A DNA stretch of 64,000 bases from Macrostomum hystrix (taxonomy: Eukaryota > Animalia > Platyhelminthes): positions 1,922,001 through 1,986,000 of the forward strand of contig CATNEN010000012.1 of assembly GCA_950097015.1 (NCBI GenBank), in the 5' to 3' direction. A program made the position numbers and the translations under genes. Under the pieces are notes generated by a model. It saw only the letters and a program-made list of their open reading frames with translations, was not told the DNA's origin and did not search any database. This document shows positions 37,393 through 50,500 of this stretch, one piece after another (positions within the stretch are counted from its first letter, which is position 1; each line of letters opens with the position of its first letter).

Positions 37393-38596
37393 ATCTAAAT
37401 CTAACAATACTAGAAGCTTACTGAAGACAGATATTATGTAAAGCAGAAGCTGAGAAAGACGCCGTCGTAAGTATTTTCATTCACATTTATAGTTTCCTCA
37501 AATTCCATGTTGAGGGTAATCATGGTCTAACAAGAATTTGAAAAATCTTCTCTAATATATATGTACCCTTTTATAATTTTAACTTATTACAAATTTAATT
37601 ATTAAAATTCTCTACTATTCAAAACTAAGTAAAGATATTTCGTTTTTGCTTTGTTTAAATCGTTAAAGTTAATCGAAATAACTCCGGATAATTTTTTACC
37701 CTAGCCTGGCGATAAAAAGACGAAACAGCAGCGCTTGTTAGAAAAATATGTATCATCAGAATGCATAATAAATCAACCAAGTTCTAAAATTCAAATTTGT
37801 TTGCTAAGGATTGCTTAGGATAATCTCTTTATCCTAAACGTATCAATTGTAGAACATTAAATTTTTAAAGCAGGAAAATAAGATAATAGCAACTTGTTTT
37901 GCTTTTGCTTCGACATGGGATTTTCCTTTTAGAAAATTCGAGTGTTTTTTATTCTTAAGGTCAGGAAAAATATATTTAGGATAATTATCATCTTCAAGAT
38001 CAAACATTATAAAAAATATATAATCTATAAGATTAAATAATTGTTACAATCAAATTCGTCATGGTTGTATGCACATCTCTGCTAATATAGAAGCAAAGAA
38101 TTCGCAGAAACGGAAAGCTTTCGTTTTAATAATCGTGTGTTTATTCATAAATTTTAGTTAGCATACGATCGAGCGTCTATTCATAGATTGCATCACTACC
38201 AGAGAGTACTAAATTTGAACCATTGTTTAAAAACTATAGGTCATACACACTGAATTACGATCTCTAAAACTATTTTTAATAACAGCATGGATACTGATTA
38301 GTATCATGCACTATTCTAAGAATTTAGTAGCGTAAGTGGACAGGAAAAATGGGTGCATAAAGTTTTTTTTTCCATAAATTTCGCCAAAAACGCAGCCCAA
38401 TCATGAGTTTCACCAACATTATATTGTTATTCAGTAATAGGATCTATTATTCAGTAGTAATAATTTATTTGGGGACTATTGTTGGTCGACCTTAATTTAT
38501 ACATTTTGCTTTATAAAGCTCTTATGTAGATCCTGTGCGCAACAGCTAGAGAAGCACTAAATAAAATCCAGCATGCAGAAAAATAAAGTTTTAAAA

Positions 38597-41500
38597 TCAG
38601 TTACGCTTTCCCGGCTTGGCCAAGCCCAGCACTTTCTTGTAGGGCAGCTTGCCGCTCAGGCTGGTGTCAAAGTGCGACATCAGCTGGAAGGCCTCCTCTT
38701 CGTCTAAGATAACGTTGAACAGCTTCAGCACCGAGCGAAACTCTTGCAGGCTCACGCGGCCGCTGTTGTCCGGATCCAGCTTCAGCAGCTGGCGGCGAAG
38801 ATTCTTCCATTCGCCAGACAACTGGAGATGTCAGGAGGAGTGCGGTAACGGAATCCCCATGCTCAAACCAGAGTCTCCCATGCTCAAACCAGAGTCTCCC
38901 ATGCTCAAACTAGAGTCTCCCATGCTCAAACCAGAGTCTCCCATGCTCAAACCAGAGTCTCCCATGCTCAAACCAGAGTCTCCCATGCTCAAACCAGTCT
39001 CCAATGCTCAAACCAGAGTCTCCCATGCTCAAACCAGAGTCTCCCATGCTCAAACCAGAATCTCCCATGCTCAAACCAGAGTCTCCCATGCTCAAACCAG
39101 AGTCTCCCATGCTCAAACCAGTCTCCCATGCTCAAACCAGAGTCTACCATGCTCAAACCAGAGTCTACCATGCTCAAACCAGAGTCTCTCATGCTCAAAC
39201 CAGAGTCTCCCATGCTCAAACCAGAGTCTCTCATGCTTAAACCAGAGTCTCCCATGTAGAACATTGTTGTCCTCCCTTAAACAAGTAATAGTTGAGTTTA
39301 GGCCAATATCGAGGCTTTATTAGAGAAAGTAGAAAAATTCGCTTTAGGGACTCCATTGCCAGCTGGAGGCACCCTGCTGACGGTGCTGACGGCGTCGGGG
39401 TGGTGACTGATTGGTTGACGGACTAGAGGAGCATGTAAAGTAGTTAGGTGTTGCCCAATGTCGAGGCTTGATCAGCGAAAGTAGAGAAATTCGCTTTAGG
39501 GACTCCATAGTCGGCTGGTGCCACTTGTTGAAGGTCCAGCAGCTCCGTCTAGATAAAGGTTGGTGACCGCCGAAGTCGGAGATGATGCAAGCACATTCGG
39601 GTGACATGCTGATAAAGTTTGAAGGTCTGGAAAGGCCGCACTGAGGCGCAGTGCTAATTCGTGTATAGGGGTGTATGAAATACACTAGCTCTTATGGGAA
39701 AAATCGGACCTTCGGCCAGAAACATTGAATATCTCGACGGTCTGAAGAGCTGGCGACTTGTTTCTTGTTTCAGAAGATGCGCAACAAAAAGTTGGCCCGT
39801 GTTCTTAAGTTTCGTGTGCTTGCATTGCTCCGTTCGGGTGCAGCAAAAAAAATTGTCAGGGGGGAATTCCCCCTTTACGTAGTCTCGTAAAGTCGAACTT
39901 TACGAGAATCTATATAATCTAATCGAATCTCGTGAAAGCTTGTGAGTGCAATTTTTCAGATAGTACAACAGGTGAACGAGGCAAAATACCTGCCCCCAAT
40001 GCATAGCAGACCATTTTGAGATTGGGTGTGTGTCTGTGCCTCCACCTCTTCACGTCTGCCTTCCTCCCTCCCTCTCCGTCGTCTCATTTATTGTATAGTC
40101 CATTGTTCATTATTAGCCCTGTAGTGTCCAGCTAGCTATTATAGCTCCATACCTGGCTCCTCAGCTTGTTGGCAATGTGCTGCAGTGCTGCGTTGGTACT
40201 GCCTGAGGCGGCGGCATTCTCCGCAGCGGCCGGGGCGCGATGACTCAGCACTTCATTCATGTGCTGCTTGCGGGGGCCGAATTTCTTGTAGGCAAACGGC
40301 CTCAGTAGCTCAATATAGTTGACCCTGTCGTAGTCGAACAGGGTTGGGGGTGGTTCGGCTCTCATCGTGTCGTACTCAATGCGTGAGTCCTACGTAGGGC
40401 ACGTTTTCATTCACAGACCGACAGATACAATAGCCTAATAGATAATTCTATATACATTTATTTCAACAGACTTCTCTCTCGGCGGCACAGTAGAACTATA
40501 GCAGGATTTCGTGCATTGCTTTTGCTTATTCTGCTTTTAGCATCACCCCACCGAGTGTCCCATTGTCTCTTCTAATTTCTAACTCTATAGCTGCTTTTAA
40601 TGTGTTCTATTTTATAGAAAAAAACTGCCTGAATACAAAAAGGCCATAGACTAAAGACTACAGCTCATCTGATATCTCACAACATCATTGGTGTCTCACT
40701 ACCTCATCTGGTGTCTCACTCCCTCATCTGGTATCTCACTACCTCATCTGGTGTCTCACTACCTCATCTGGTATCTCACTCCCTCATCTGGTGTCTCACT
40801 CCCTCATCTGGTATCTCACTACCTCATCTGGTATCTCACTCCCTCATTTGGTGTCTCACTCCCTCATCTGGTATCTCACTACCTCATCTGGTATCTCACT
40901 CCCTCATTTGGTGTCTCACTCCCTCATCTGGTATCTCACTCCCTCATTTGGTGTCTCACTACCTCATCTGGTATCTCACTACCTCATCTGGTGTCTCACT
41001 CCCTCATCTGGTACCTCATTACCTCATCTGGTGTCTCACTACCTCATCTGGTATCTCACTACCCCATCTGGTGTCTCACTACCTCATCTGGTGTCTCACT
41101 CCCTCATCTGGTGTCTCACTACCTCATCTGGTATCTCACTACCTCATCTGGTATCTCACTACCTCATCTGGTACCTCATTACCTCATCTGGTATCTCACT
41201 CCCTCATCTGGTATCTCACTACCTCATCTGGTATCTCACTACCTCATCTGGTACCTCATTACCTCATCTGGTATCTCACTACCTCATCTGGTATCTCACT
41301 ACCTCATCTGGTATCTCACTACCTCATCTGGTATCTCACTACCTCATCTGGTGTCTCACTACCTCATCTGGTATCTCACTCCCTCATCTGGTGTCTCACT
41401 CCCTCATCTGGTATCTCACTACCTCATCTGGTATCTCACTCCCTCATTTGGTGTCTCACTCCCTCATCTGGTATCTCACTACCTCATCTGGTATCTCACT

Positions 41501-44500
41501 CCCTCATTTGGTGTCTCACTCCCTCATCTGGTATCTCACTCCCTCATTTGGTGTCTCACTACCTCATCTGGTATCTCACTACCTCATCTGGTGTCTCACT
41601 CCCTCATCTGGTACCTCATTACCTCATCTGGTGTCTCACTACCTCATCTGGTATCTCACTACCCCATCTGGTGTCTCACTACCTCATCTGGTGTCTCACT
41701 CCCTCATCTGGTGTCTCACTACCTCATCTGGTATCTCACTACCTCATCTGGTATCTCACTACCTCATCTGGTACCTCATTACCTCATCTGGTATCTCACT
41801 CCCTCATCTGGTATCTCACTACCTCATCTGGTATCTCACTACCTCATCTGGTACCTCATTACCTCATCTGGTATCTCACTACCTCATCTGGTATCTCACT
41901 ACCTCATCTGGTATCTCACTACCTCATCTGGTATCTCACTACCTCATCTGGTACCTCATTACCTCATCTGGTATCTCACTCCCTCATCTGGTATCTCACT
42001 ACCTCATCTGGTATCTCACTACCTCATCTGGTATCTCACTACCTCATCTGGTATCTCACTACCTCATCTGGTATCTCACTACCTCATCTGGTACCTCATT
42101 ACCTCATCTGGTATCTCACTCCCTCATCTGGTATCTCACTACCTCATCTGGTATCTCACTACCTCATCTGGTACCTCATTACCTCATCTGGTATCTCACT
42201 CCCTCATCTGGTATCTCACTACCTCATCTGGTATCTCACTACCTCATCTGGTACCTCATTACCTCATCTGGTATCTCACTCCCTCATCTGGTATCTCACT
42301 ACCTCATCTGGTATCTCACTACCTCATCTGGTATCTCACTACCTCATCTGGTACCTCATTACCTCATCTGGTGTCTCACTACCTCATCTGGTATCTCACT
42401 ACCTCATCTGGTGTCTCACTCCCTCATCTGGTGTCTCACTACCTCATCTGGTATCTCACTACCTCATCTGGTATCTCACTACCTCATCTGGTACCTCATT
42501 ACCTCATCTGGTATCTCACTACCTCATCTGGTACCTCATTACCTCATCTGGTGTCTCACTACCTCATCTGGTGTCTCACTACCTCATCTGGTATCTCACT
42601 ACCTCATCTGGTACCTCATTACCTCATCTGGTATCCTCACTACCTCATCTGGTATCTCACTACCTCATCTGGTGTCTCACTACCTCATCTGGTATCTCAC
42701 TACCTCATCTGGTGTCTTACTACCTCATCTGGTGTCTCACTCCCTCATCTGGTGTCTCACTACCTCATCTGGTATCTCACTCCCTCATCTGTTGTCTCAC
42801 TCCCTCATCTGGTATCTCACTACCTCATCTGGTATCTCACTACCTCATCTGGTATCTCACTACCTCATCTGGTACCTCATTACCTCATCTGGTGTCTCAC
42901 TACCTCATCTGGTATCTCACTACCTCATCTGGTGTTCTCACTCCCTCATCTGGTGTCTCAACTACCTCATCTGGTATCTCACTACCTCATCTGGTATCTC
43001 ACTACCTCATCTGGTACCTCATTACCTCATCTGGTATCTCACTACCTCATCTGGTACCTCATTACCTCATCTGGTGTCTCACTACCTCATCTGGTGTCTC
43101 ACTACCTCATCTGGTATCTCACTACCTCATCTGGTACCTCATTACCTCATCTGGTATCTCACTACCTCATCTGGTATCTCACTACCTCATCTGGTATCTC
43201 ACTCCCTCATCTGGTGTCTCACTCCCTCATCTGGTATCTCACTACCTCATCTGGTATCTCACTACCTCATCTGGTACCTCATTACCTCATCTGGTATCTC
43301 ACTCCCTCATCTGGTATCTCACTACCTCATCTGGTATCTCACTACCTCATCTGGTATCTCACTACCTCATCTGGTACCTCATTACCTCATCTGGTGTCTC
43401 ACTACCTCATCTGGTATCTCACTACCTCATCTGGTGTCTCACTCCCTCATCTGGTGTCTCACTACCTCATCTGGTATCTCACTACCCTCATCTGGTATCT
43501 CACTACCTCATCTGGTACCTCATACCTCATCTGGTATCTCATACCTCATCTGGTACCTCATTACCTCATCTGGTGTCTCACTACCCTCATCTGGTGTCTC
43601 ACTACCTCATCTGGTATCTCACTACCTCATCTGGTACCTCATTACCTCATCTGGTATCTCACTACCTCATCTGGTATCTCACTACCTCATCTGGTGTCTC
43701 ACTACCTCATCTGGTATCTCACTACCTCATCTGGTGTCTTACTACCTCATCTGGTGTCTCACTCCCTCATTCTGGTGTCTCACTACCTCATCTGGTATCT
43801 CACTACCTCATCTGTTGTCTCACTCCCTCATCTGGTATCTCACTACCTCATCTGGTATCTCACTACCTCAATCTGGTATCTCACTACCTCATCTGGTACC
43901 TCATTACCTCATCTGGTGTCTCACTACCTCATCTGGTATCTCACTACCTCATCTGGTGTCTCACTCCTCATCTGGTGTCTCACTCCCTCATTCTGGTATC
44001 TCACTACCTCATCTGGTATCTCACTACCTCATCTGGTACCTCATTACCTCATCTGGTATCTCACTACCTCATCTGGTCCCTCATACCTCATCTGGTGTCT
44101 CACTACCTCATCTGGTATCTCACTACCTCATCTGGTATCTCACTACCTCATCTGGTACCTCATTACCTCATCTGGTATCTCACTACCTCATCTGGTATCT
44201 CACTACCTCATCTGGTATCTCACTCCCTCATCTGGTGTCTCACTCCCTCATCTGGTATCTCACTACCTCATCTGGTATCTCACTACCTCATCTGGTACCT
44301 CATTACCTCATCTGGTATCTCACTACCTCATCTGGTATCCTCACTACCTCATCTGGTGTCTCACTACCTCATCTGGTATCTCACTACCTCATCTGGTATC
44401 TCACTACCTCATCTGGTATCTCACTACCTCATCTGGTATCTCACTACCTCATCTGGTACCTCACTTACCTCATCTGGTGTCTCACTCCCTCATCTGGTAT

Positions 44501-47500
44501 CTCACTACCTCATCTGGTGTCTCACTACCTCATCTGGTAGTCTCACTACCTCATCTGGTGTCTCACTACCTCATCTGGTATCTCACTACCTCATCTGGTA
44601 TCTCACTACCTCATCTGGTACCTCATACCTCATCTGGTATCTCACTCCCTCATCTGGTATCTCACTACCTCATCTGGTATCTCACTACCTCATCTGGTAC
44701 CTCATTACCTCATCTGGTATCTCACTACCTCATCTGGTATCTCACTACCTCATCTGGTATCTCACTCCCTCATCTGGTAGTCTCACTACCTCATCTGGTA
44801 CCTCATTACCTCATCTGGTATCTCACTCCCCTCATCTGGTATCTCACTACCTCATCTGGTATCTCACTACTCATCTGGTATCTCACTACCTCATCTGGTA
44901 TCTCACTACCTCATCTGGTAGTCTCACTACCTCATCTGGTACCCTCATTACCTCATCTGGTATCTCACTACCTCATCTGGTATCTCACTACCCCATCTGG
45001 TGTCTCACTACCTCATCTGGTGTCTCACTCCCTCATCTGGTGTCTCACTACCTCATCTGGTATCTCACTACCTCATCTGGTATCTCACTACCTCATCTGG
45101 TACCTCATTACCTCATCTGGTATCTCACTCCCTCATCTGGTATCTCACTACCTCATCTGGTATCTCACTACCTCATCTGGTACCTCATTACCTCATCTGG
45201 TATCTCACTACCTCATCTGGTATCTCACTACCTCATCTGGTATCTCCACTACCTCATCTGGTATCTCACTACCTCATCTGGTACCTCATTACCTCATCTG
45301 GTATCTCACTCCCTCATCTGGTATCTCACTACCTCATCTGGTATCTCACTACCTCATCTGGTATCTCACTACCTCATCTGGTATCTCACTACCTCATCTG
45401 GTATCTCACTACCTCATCTGGTACCTCATTACCTCATCTGGTATCTCACTCCCTCATCTGGTATCTCACTACCTCATCTGGTATCTCACTACCTCATCTG
45501 GTACCTCATTACCTCATCTGGTATCTCACTCCCTCAATCTGGTATCTCACTACCTCATCTGGTATCTCACTACCTCATCTGGTACCTCATTACCTCATCT
45601 GGTATCTCACTCCCTCATCTGGTATCTCACTACCTCATCTGGTATCTCACTACCTCATCTGGTATCTCACTACCTCATCTGGTACCTCATTACCTCATCT
45701 GGTGTCTCACTACCTCATCTGGTATCTCACTACCTCATCTGGTGTCTCACTCCCTCATCTGGTGTCTCACTACCTCATCTGGTATCTCACTACCTCATCT
45801 GGTATCTCACTACCTCATCTGGTACCTCATTACCTCATCTGGTATCTCACTACCTCATCTGGTACCTCATTACCTCATCTGGTGTCTCACTACCTCAATC
45901 TGGTGTCTCACTACCTCATCTGGTATCTCACTACCTCATCTGGTACCTCATTACCTCATCTGGTATCTCACTACCTCATCTGGTATCTCACTACCTCATC
46001 TGGTGTCTCACTACCTCATCTGGTATCTCACTACCTCATCTGGTGTCTTACTACCTCATCTGGTGTCTCACTCCCTCATCTGGTGTCTCACTACCTCATC
46101 TGGTATCTCACTCCCTCATCTGTTGTCTCACTCCCTCATCTGGTATCTCACTACCTCATCTGGTATCTCACTACCTCATCTGGTATCTCACTACCTCATC
46201 TGGTACCTCATTACCTCATCTGGTGTCTCACTACCTTATCTGGTATCTCACTACCTCATCTGGTGTCTCACTCCCTCATCTGGTGTCTCACTACCTCATC
46301 TGGTATCTCACTACCTCATCTGGTATCTCACTACCTCATCTGGTACCTCATTACCTCATCTGGTATCTCACTACCTCATCTGGTACCTCATTACCTCATC
46401 TGGTGTCTCACTACCTCATCTGGTGTCTCACTACCTCATCTGGTATCTCACTACCTCATCTGGTACCTCATTACCTCATCTGGTATCTCACTACCTCATC
46501 TGGTATCTCACTACCCCATCTGGTGTCTCACTACCTCATCTGGTATCTCACTACCTCATCTGGTGTCTCACTCCCTCATCTGGTGTCTCACTACCTCATC
46601 TGGTATCTCACTCCCTCATCTGTTGTCTCACTACCTCATCTGGTATCTCACTCCCTCATCTGGTGTCTCACTACCTCATCTGGTATCTCACTACCTCATC
46701 TGGTATCTCACTCCCTCATCTGGTGTCTCACTACCTCATCTGGTACCTCATTACAGCTCATCTGGTATCTCACTACCTCATCTGGTATCTCACTACCTCA
46801 TCTGGTACCTCATTACCTCATCCGGTATCTCACTCCCTCATCTGGTGTCTCACTACCTCATCTGGTACCTCATTACAGCTCATCTGGTATCTCACTACCT
46901 CATCTGGTACCTCATTACCTCATCTACTGTCTCACTACCTCATCTGGTGTCTCACTACCTCATCTGGTATCTCACTCCCTCATCTGGTACCTCATTACCT
47001 CATCTGGTGTCTCACTACCTCATCTGGTACCTCATTACCTCATCTGGTGTCTCACTCCCTCATCTGGTATCTCACTACCTCATCTGGTGTCTCACTACCT
47101 CATCTGGTATCTCACTACCTCATCTGGCATCTCACTACCTCATCTGGTGTCTCACTACCTCATCTGGTAGTGACACGCAAACAATAATTGTTTCAACTTA
47201 AAAAGCTACGATAAGAGCAAGAGCAAGAGCAAAGGGCATGCTCGGAAGCAATCTAAAAAAATTGCTGCACTGAAACTATTTAAAACAGAAACCGCTTACT
47301 CTATCACTAATATCTGTAAAGCGATAAGCTCATGGAAAAAACCGGTTTGAACAAGTTTCGGGGAAATTACCGCATTATAGTTGAAAGAGATTTGGGTTCC
47401 GTTAGGGTCAGGTTTAAACGCGAGTGTAGCTAAAGACAGTGTAGATAGATAAGAGTGGAGTTGGGGTGGGTGGGACAGGTCACATGCCACGAAAACACAT

Positions 47501-50500
47501 GTTGAGAAATTTATTTATTTATAAGTTTTTAACTTATTATAGTCTGTTTGATTATTCTTTCTTGACTGACGAGTGCCATAGACAACTTAGAATTATCGCA
47601 GTCAGTTGATTATACGAAGCATTTCGCCATAGACAAAACCATTCCCATCCCTGATTCTAGCCATAAACTAATTATAATTCTCAGTTCTTGGGAACTCTAC
47701 GGATTCGTAACAATTCAAACAAAGAGCTTATGGGTGCAAATCCGTCTGTATTAGACTGGAAAAGGCCGGAGTTCTGGTATCTCTGGTATATCTGGTAAAA
47801 TAAAACTAGATTGTCAATGCGCTAACTGACGCTGTAAGTAGCCAGTAGAGCGTTTATATGCATATTTTCATTCCTTACCTTCCGTCACTCTTCTGCGTGA
47901 ATTTGTCAGTCAGCCGGTTCAACCCGTAGTCGGTGAGCTGCACGACCAGCTCCTTCAGCACCTCCTGGAATTCTTCCCTGCTGACGCAGCCGGTGCCGTA
48001 CGGGTCCATTTCAACGAATTCGTCGCGCAGCTGATCCCACAGGTAGTCAATCTGGATTTTAGAATTTAAAGTAATTAGCGAATACTTGGGTAGATAATCC
48101 AGTAAGCTGGGTATTCCCAGGAGAATCTTAGTTGTGGGGAATTCCCTAATTAATCCCTAATTAAAGTGGTGTTTCCCCCTGGGGAAAGACCACTCGGTAT
48201 TTCAAATACCCACTGCCTACTTCACGACAGCTCCCAAACCAAATGACCGATTTTCGTGAAAGTCCACTTTGGATCAAAATTTTCCGCCCTTTACGATGAA
48301 CTTTCAAAGCCGTCTGAGTCTGCATCGTCGAGATATTCAGCTATTCTTGTCGAAGACCCTGGTGACACGGACAACTAACGTTGCTCTGTATAAACCTCTA
48401 TGTCAAATCCAGACTTGTTTGAAATTTTTGGATCAAAAATAAAATGGGCAGCTGAAGATATTACGCTCGCACATTGTTAAATAGATTCGATTGACATCGG
48501 GGGATGTTCAAGGGATTACCCGATAATCGACCGCTTGTGGGATTTCCATACAAAGTACGGTTCAAGGGATTCCCCGATAATCGATCGTTTGTAGTATTTC
48601 CCTACAAAGTACGATTCAAGGGATTCCCCGATAATCGATCGTTTGTAGGATTTCTCTACAAAGTACGATTCAAGGGATTCCCAGATAATCGATCGTATGT
48701 AGTATTTCCCTACAAAGTACGGTTCAAGGGATTCCCAGATAATCGATCGTATGTAGGATTTCTCTACAAAGTACGGTTTAAGGGATTCCCCGATAATTGA
48801 TCGTTTGTGGGATTTCCCTACAAAGTACGGTTCAAGGGATTCCCAGATAATCGATCGTATGTAGGATTTCCCTACAAAGTACGGTTCAAGGGATTCCCAA
48901 ATAATCGATCGTATGTAGGATTTCTCTACAAAGTACGATTCAAGGGATTCCCAGATAATCGATCGTATGTAGGATTTCCCTACAAAGTACGGTTCAAGGG
49001 ATTCCCAGATAATCGATCGTATGTAGGATTTCCCTACAAAGTAGGGTTCAAGGGACTCTCCGATAATGGATCGTTTGTGGTATTACCCTATAAAGTAAAG
49101 CTCAAGGGAAATCCCAATAATCGAGCGTTCGTGGGGTTTCCATACAAAGTACGCCTCAGGGATTTCAAAGTAATAGATCGTTTGTGGGATTTCCCTACCA
49201 TAGACTGCTCGAGGGATTCTGCGATATTAGATTGCTTAAGGGATTCTCCGCAGTATAGCGAGGGAGGGGTCTACCTTGGCCCGCAGGCCGTCCTCCAGCA
49301 TGTTGACGTCGCTGTTGACTTTGCGGCTGCGCATCATGAGGTCACTGTCGCCCTTCCTAGGGGGCACCAGTTTGGCGTTGGGGAACGCCGCCGTCGTCGG
49401 GTTGAAGATAAAGGCGCGCAGGAATTCCTGATAGTCTAGGGCATCCCGATCGCGCAGGACGAATGTCTTCCACAGGTCGCGAATCTCGCCTCTGGTCACC
49501 TCCGGCTTGATGAATCTTAATGGATTTTATATGCGCGAGTACCATAGACATTACACAAGGTATGTAGACTAGCGAGGTTAGCCCCTCATTTGGTGACCAA
49601 CAATACTATTCCCACGATTTATTACGATTTATTTCCCATCAGATAGCAAACTATCCTCCTAGAGTTGCCGAATCCACCAAGGCTGGTAAATCATTTCCCC
49701 AATTAGCAAATTATCTCACTTGAGTTTAAAAATTCCTTGAGTTGACAAATTTTCAAATAGGGGCAAGCTTTCAAAGCCAATAATAGGTAAAAATTGAAGG
49801 TCACCCACCTGTTTAGCAGCTGGTGCATCATCTCCTGGGTGAGACGGCCTCCATTAAACTTGTCCAACTCGTAGAAGGCCGTCTCAACTTCCTGGAATCT
49901 ACTGTGCAGCAGGTCACGAATGCATCGGCGAGTGTCGCCAACCGAGCGCTTGTTCGGATCGAACGGCTCCTAAGGGGTGGAGTTGGGTGAGTTGCGTCTC
50001 AAATACTCGAATTGAGTAGTTTATTGTGAGAATGGCTCATCTGAAAGATACTAGAGAAATCGACTCATGCATAAAATAGTGAGATTGACTCATCTAGAAC
50101 TGTGAGATTGACTCATCTAGAACTGTGAGATTGACTCATCTAGAACTGTGAGATTGACTCATCTAGAACTGTGAGATTGACTCATCTAGAACTGTGAGAT
50201 TGACTCATCTAGAACTGTGAGATTGACTCATCTAGAACTGTGAGATTGACTCATCTAGAACTGTGAGATTGACTCATCTAGAGCTGTGAGATTGACTCAT
50301 CTAGAACTGTGAGATTGACTCATCTAGAACTGTGAGATTGACTCATCTAGAACTGTGAGATTGACTCATCTAGAACTGTGAGATTGACTCGTCTAGAACT
50401 GTGAGATTGACTCGTCTAGAACTGTGAGATTGACTCATCTAGAACTGTGAGATTGACTCATCTAGAACTGTGAGATTGACTCATCTAGAACTGTGAGATT

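Noticed and set aside
37434-37523. 29-codon uORF upstream of MAT (MITLNMEFEETINVNENTYDGVFLSFCFT)
   Set aside because: The TSS is unknown, and an ORF of this size in AT-rich DNA is expected by chance.
40325-40389. Longer version of EFCAB6-like exon 13 (from an acceptor at 40390)
   Set aside because: It is phase-incompatible with exon 12. The acceptor at 40325 restores the EF-hand continuation GR|VNYIELLRPF.
40688-47201. ORFs of over 2000 aa (HLVSHYLIWYLTTSSGISLP)n
   Set aside because: All three plus frames of a stop-free 20-bp unit, inside an intron, with frame-breaking indels.
48504-49439. (FKGFPDNRSYVGFPYKVR)n ORF
   Set aside because: Interrupted by a CGA>TGA stop at ~48798, lies antisense within an intron, and runs into the reverse strand of a real exon.
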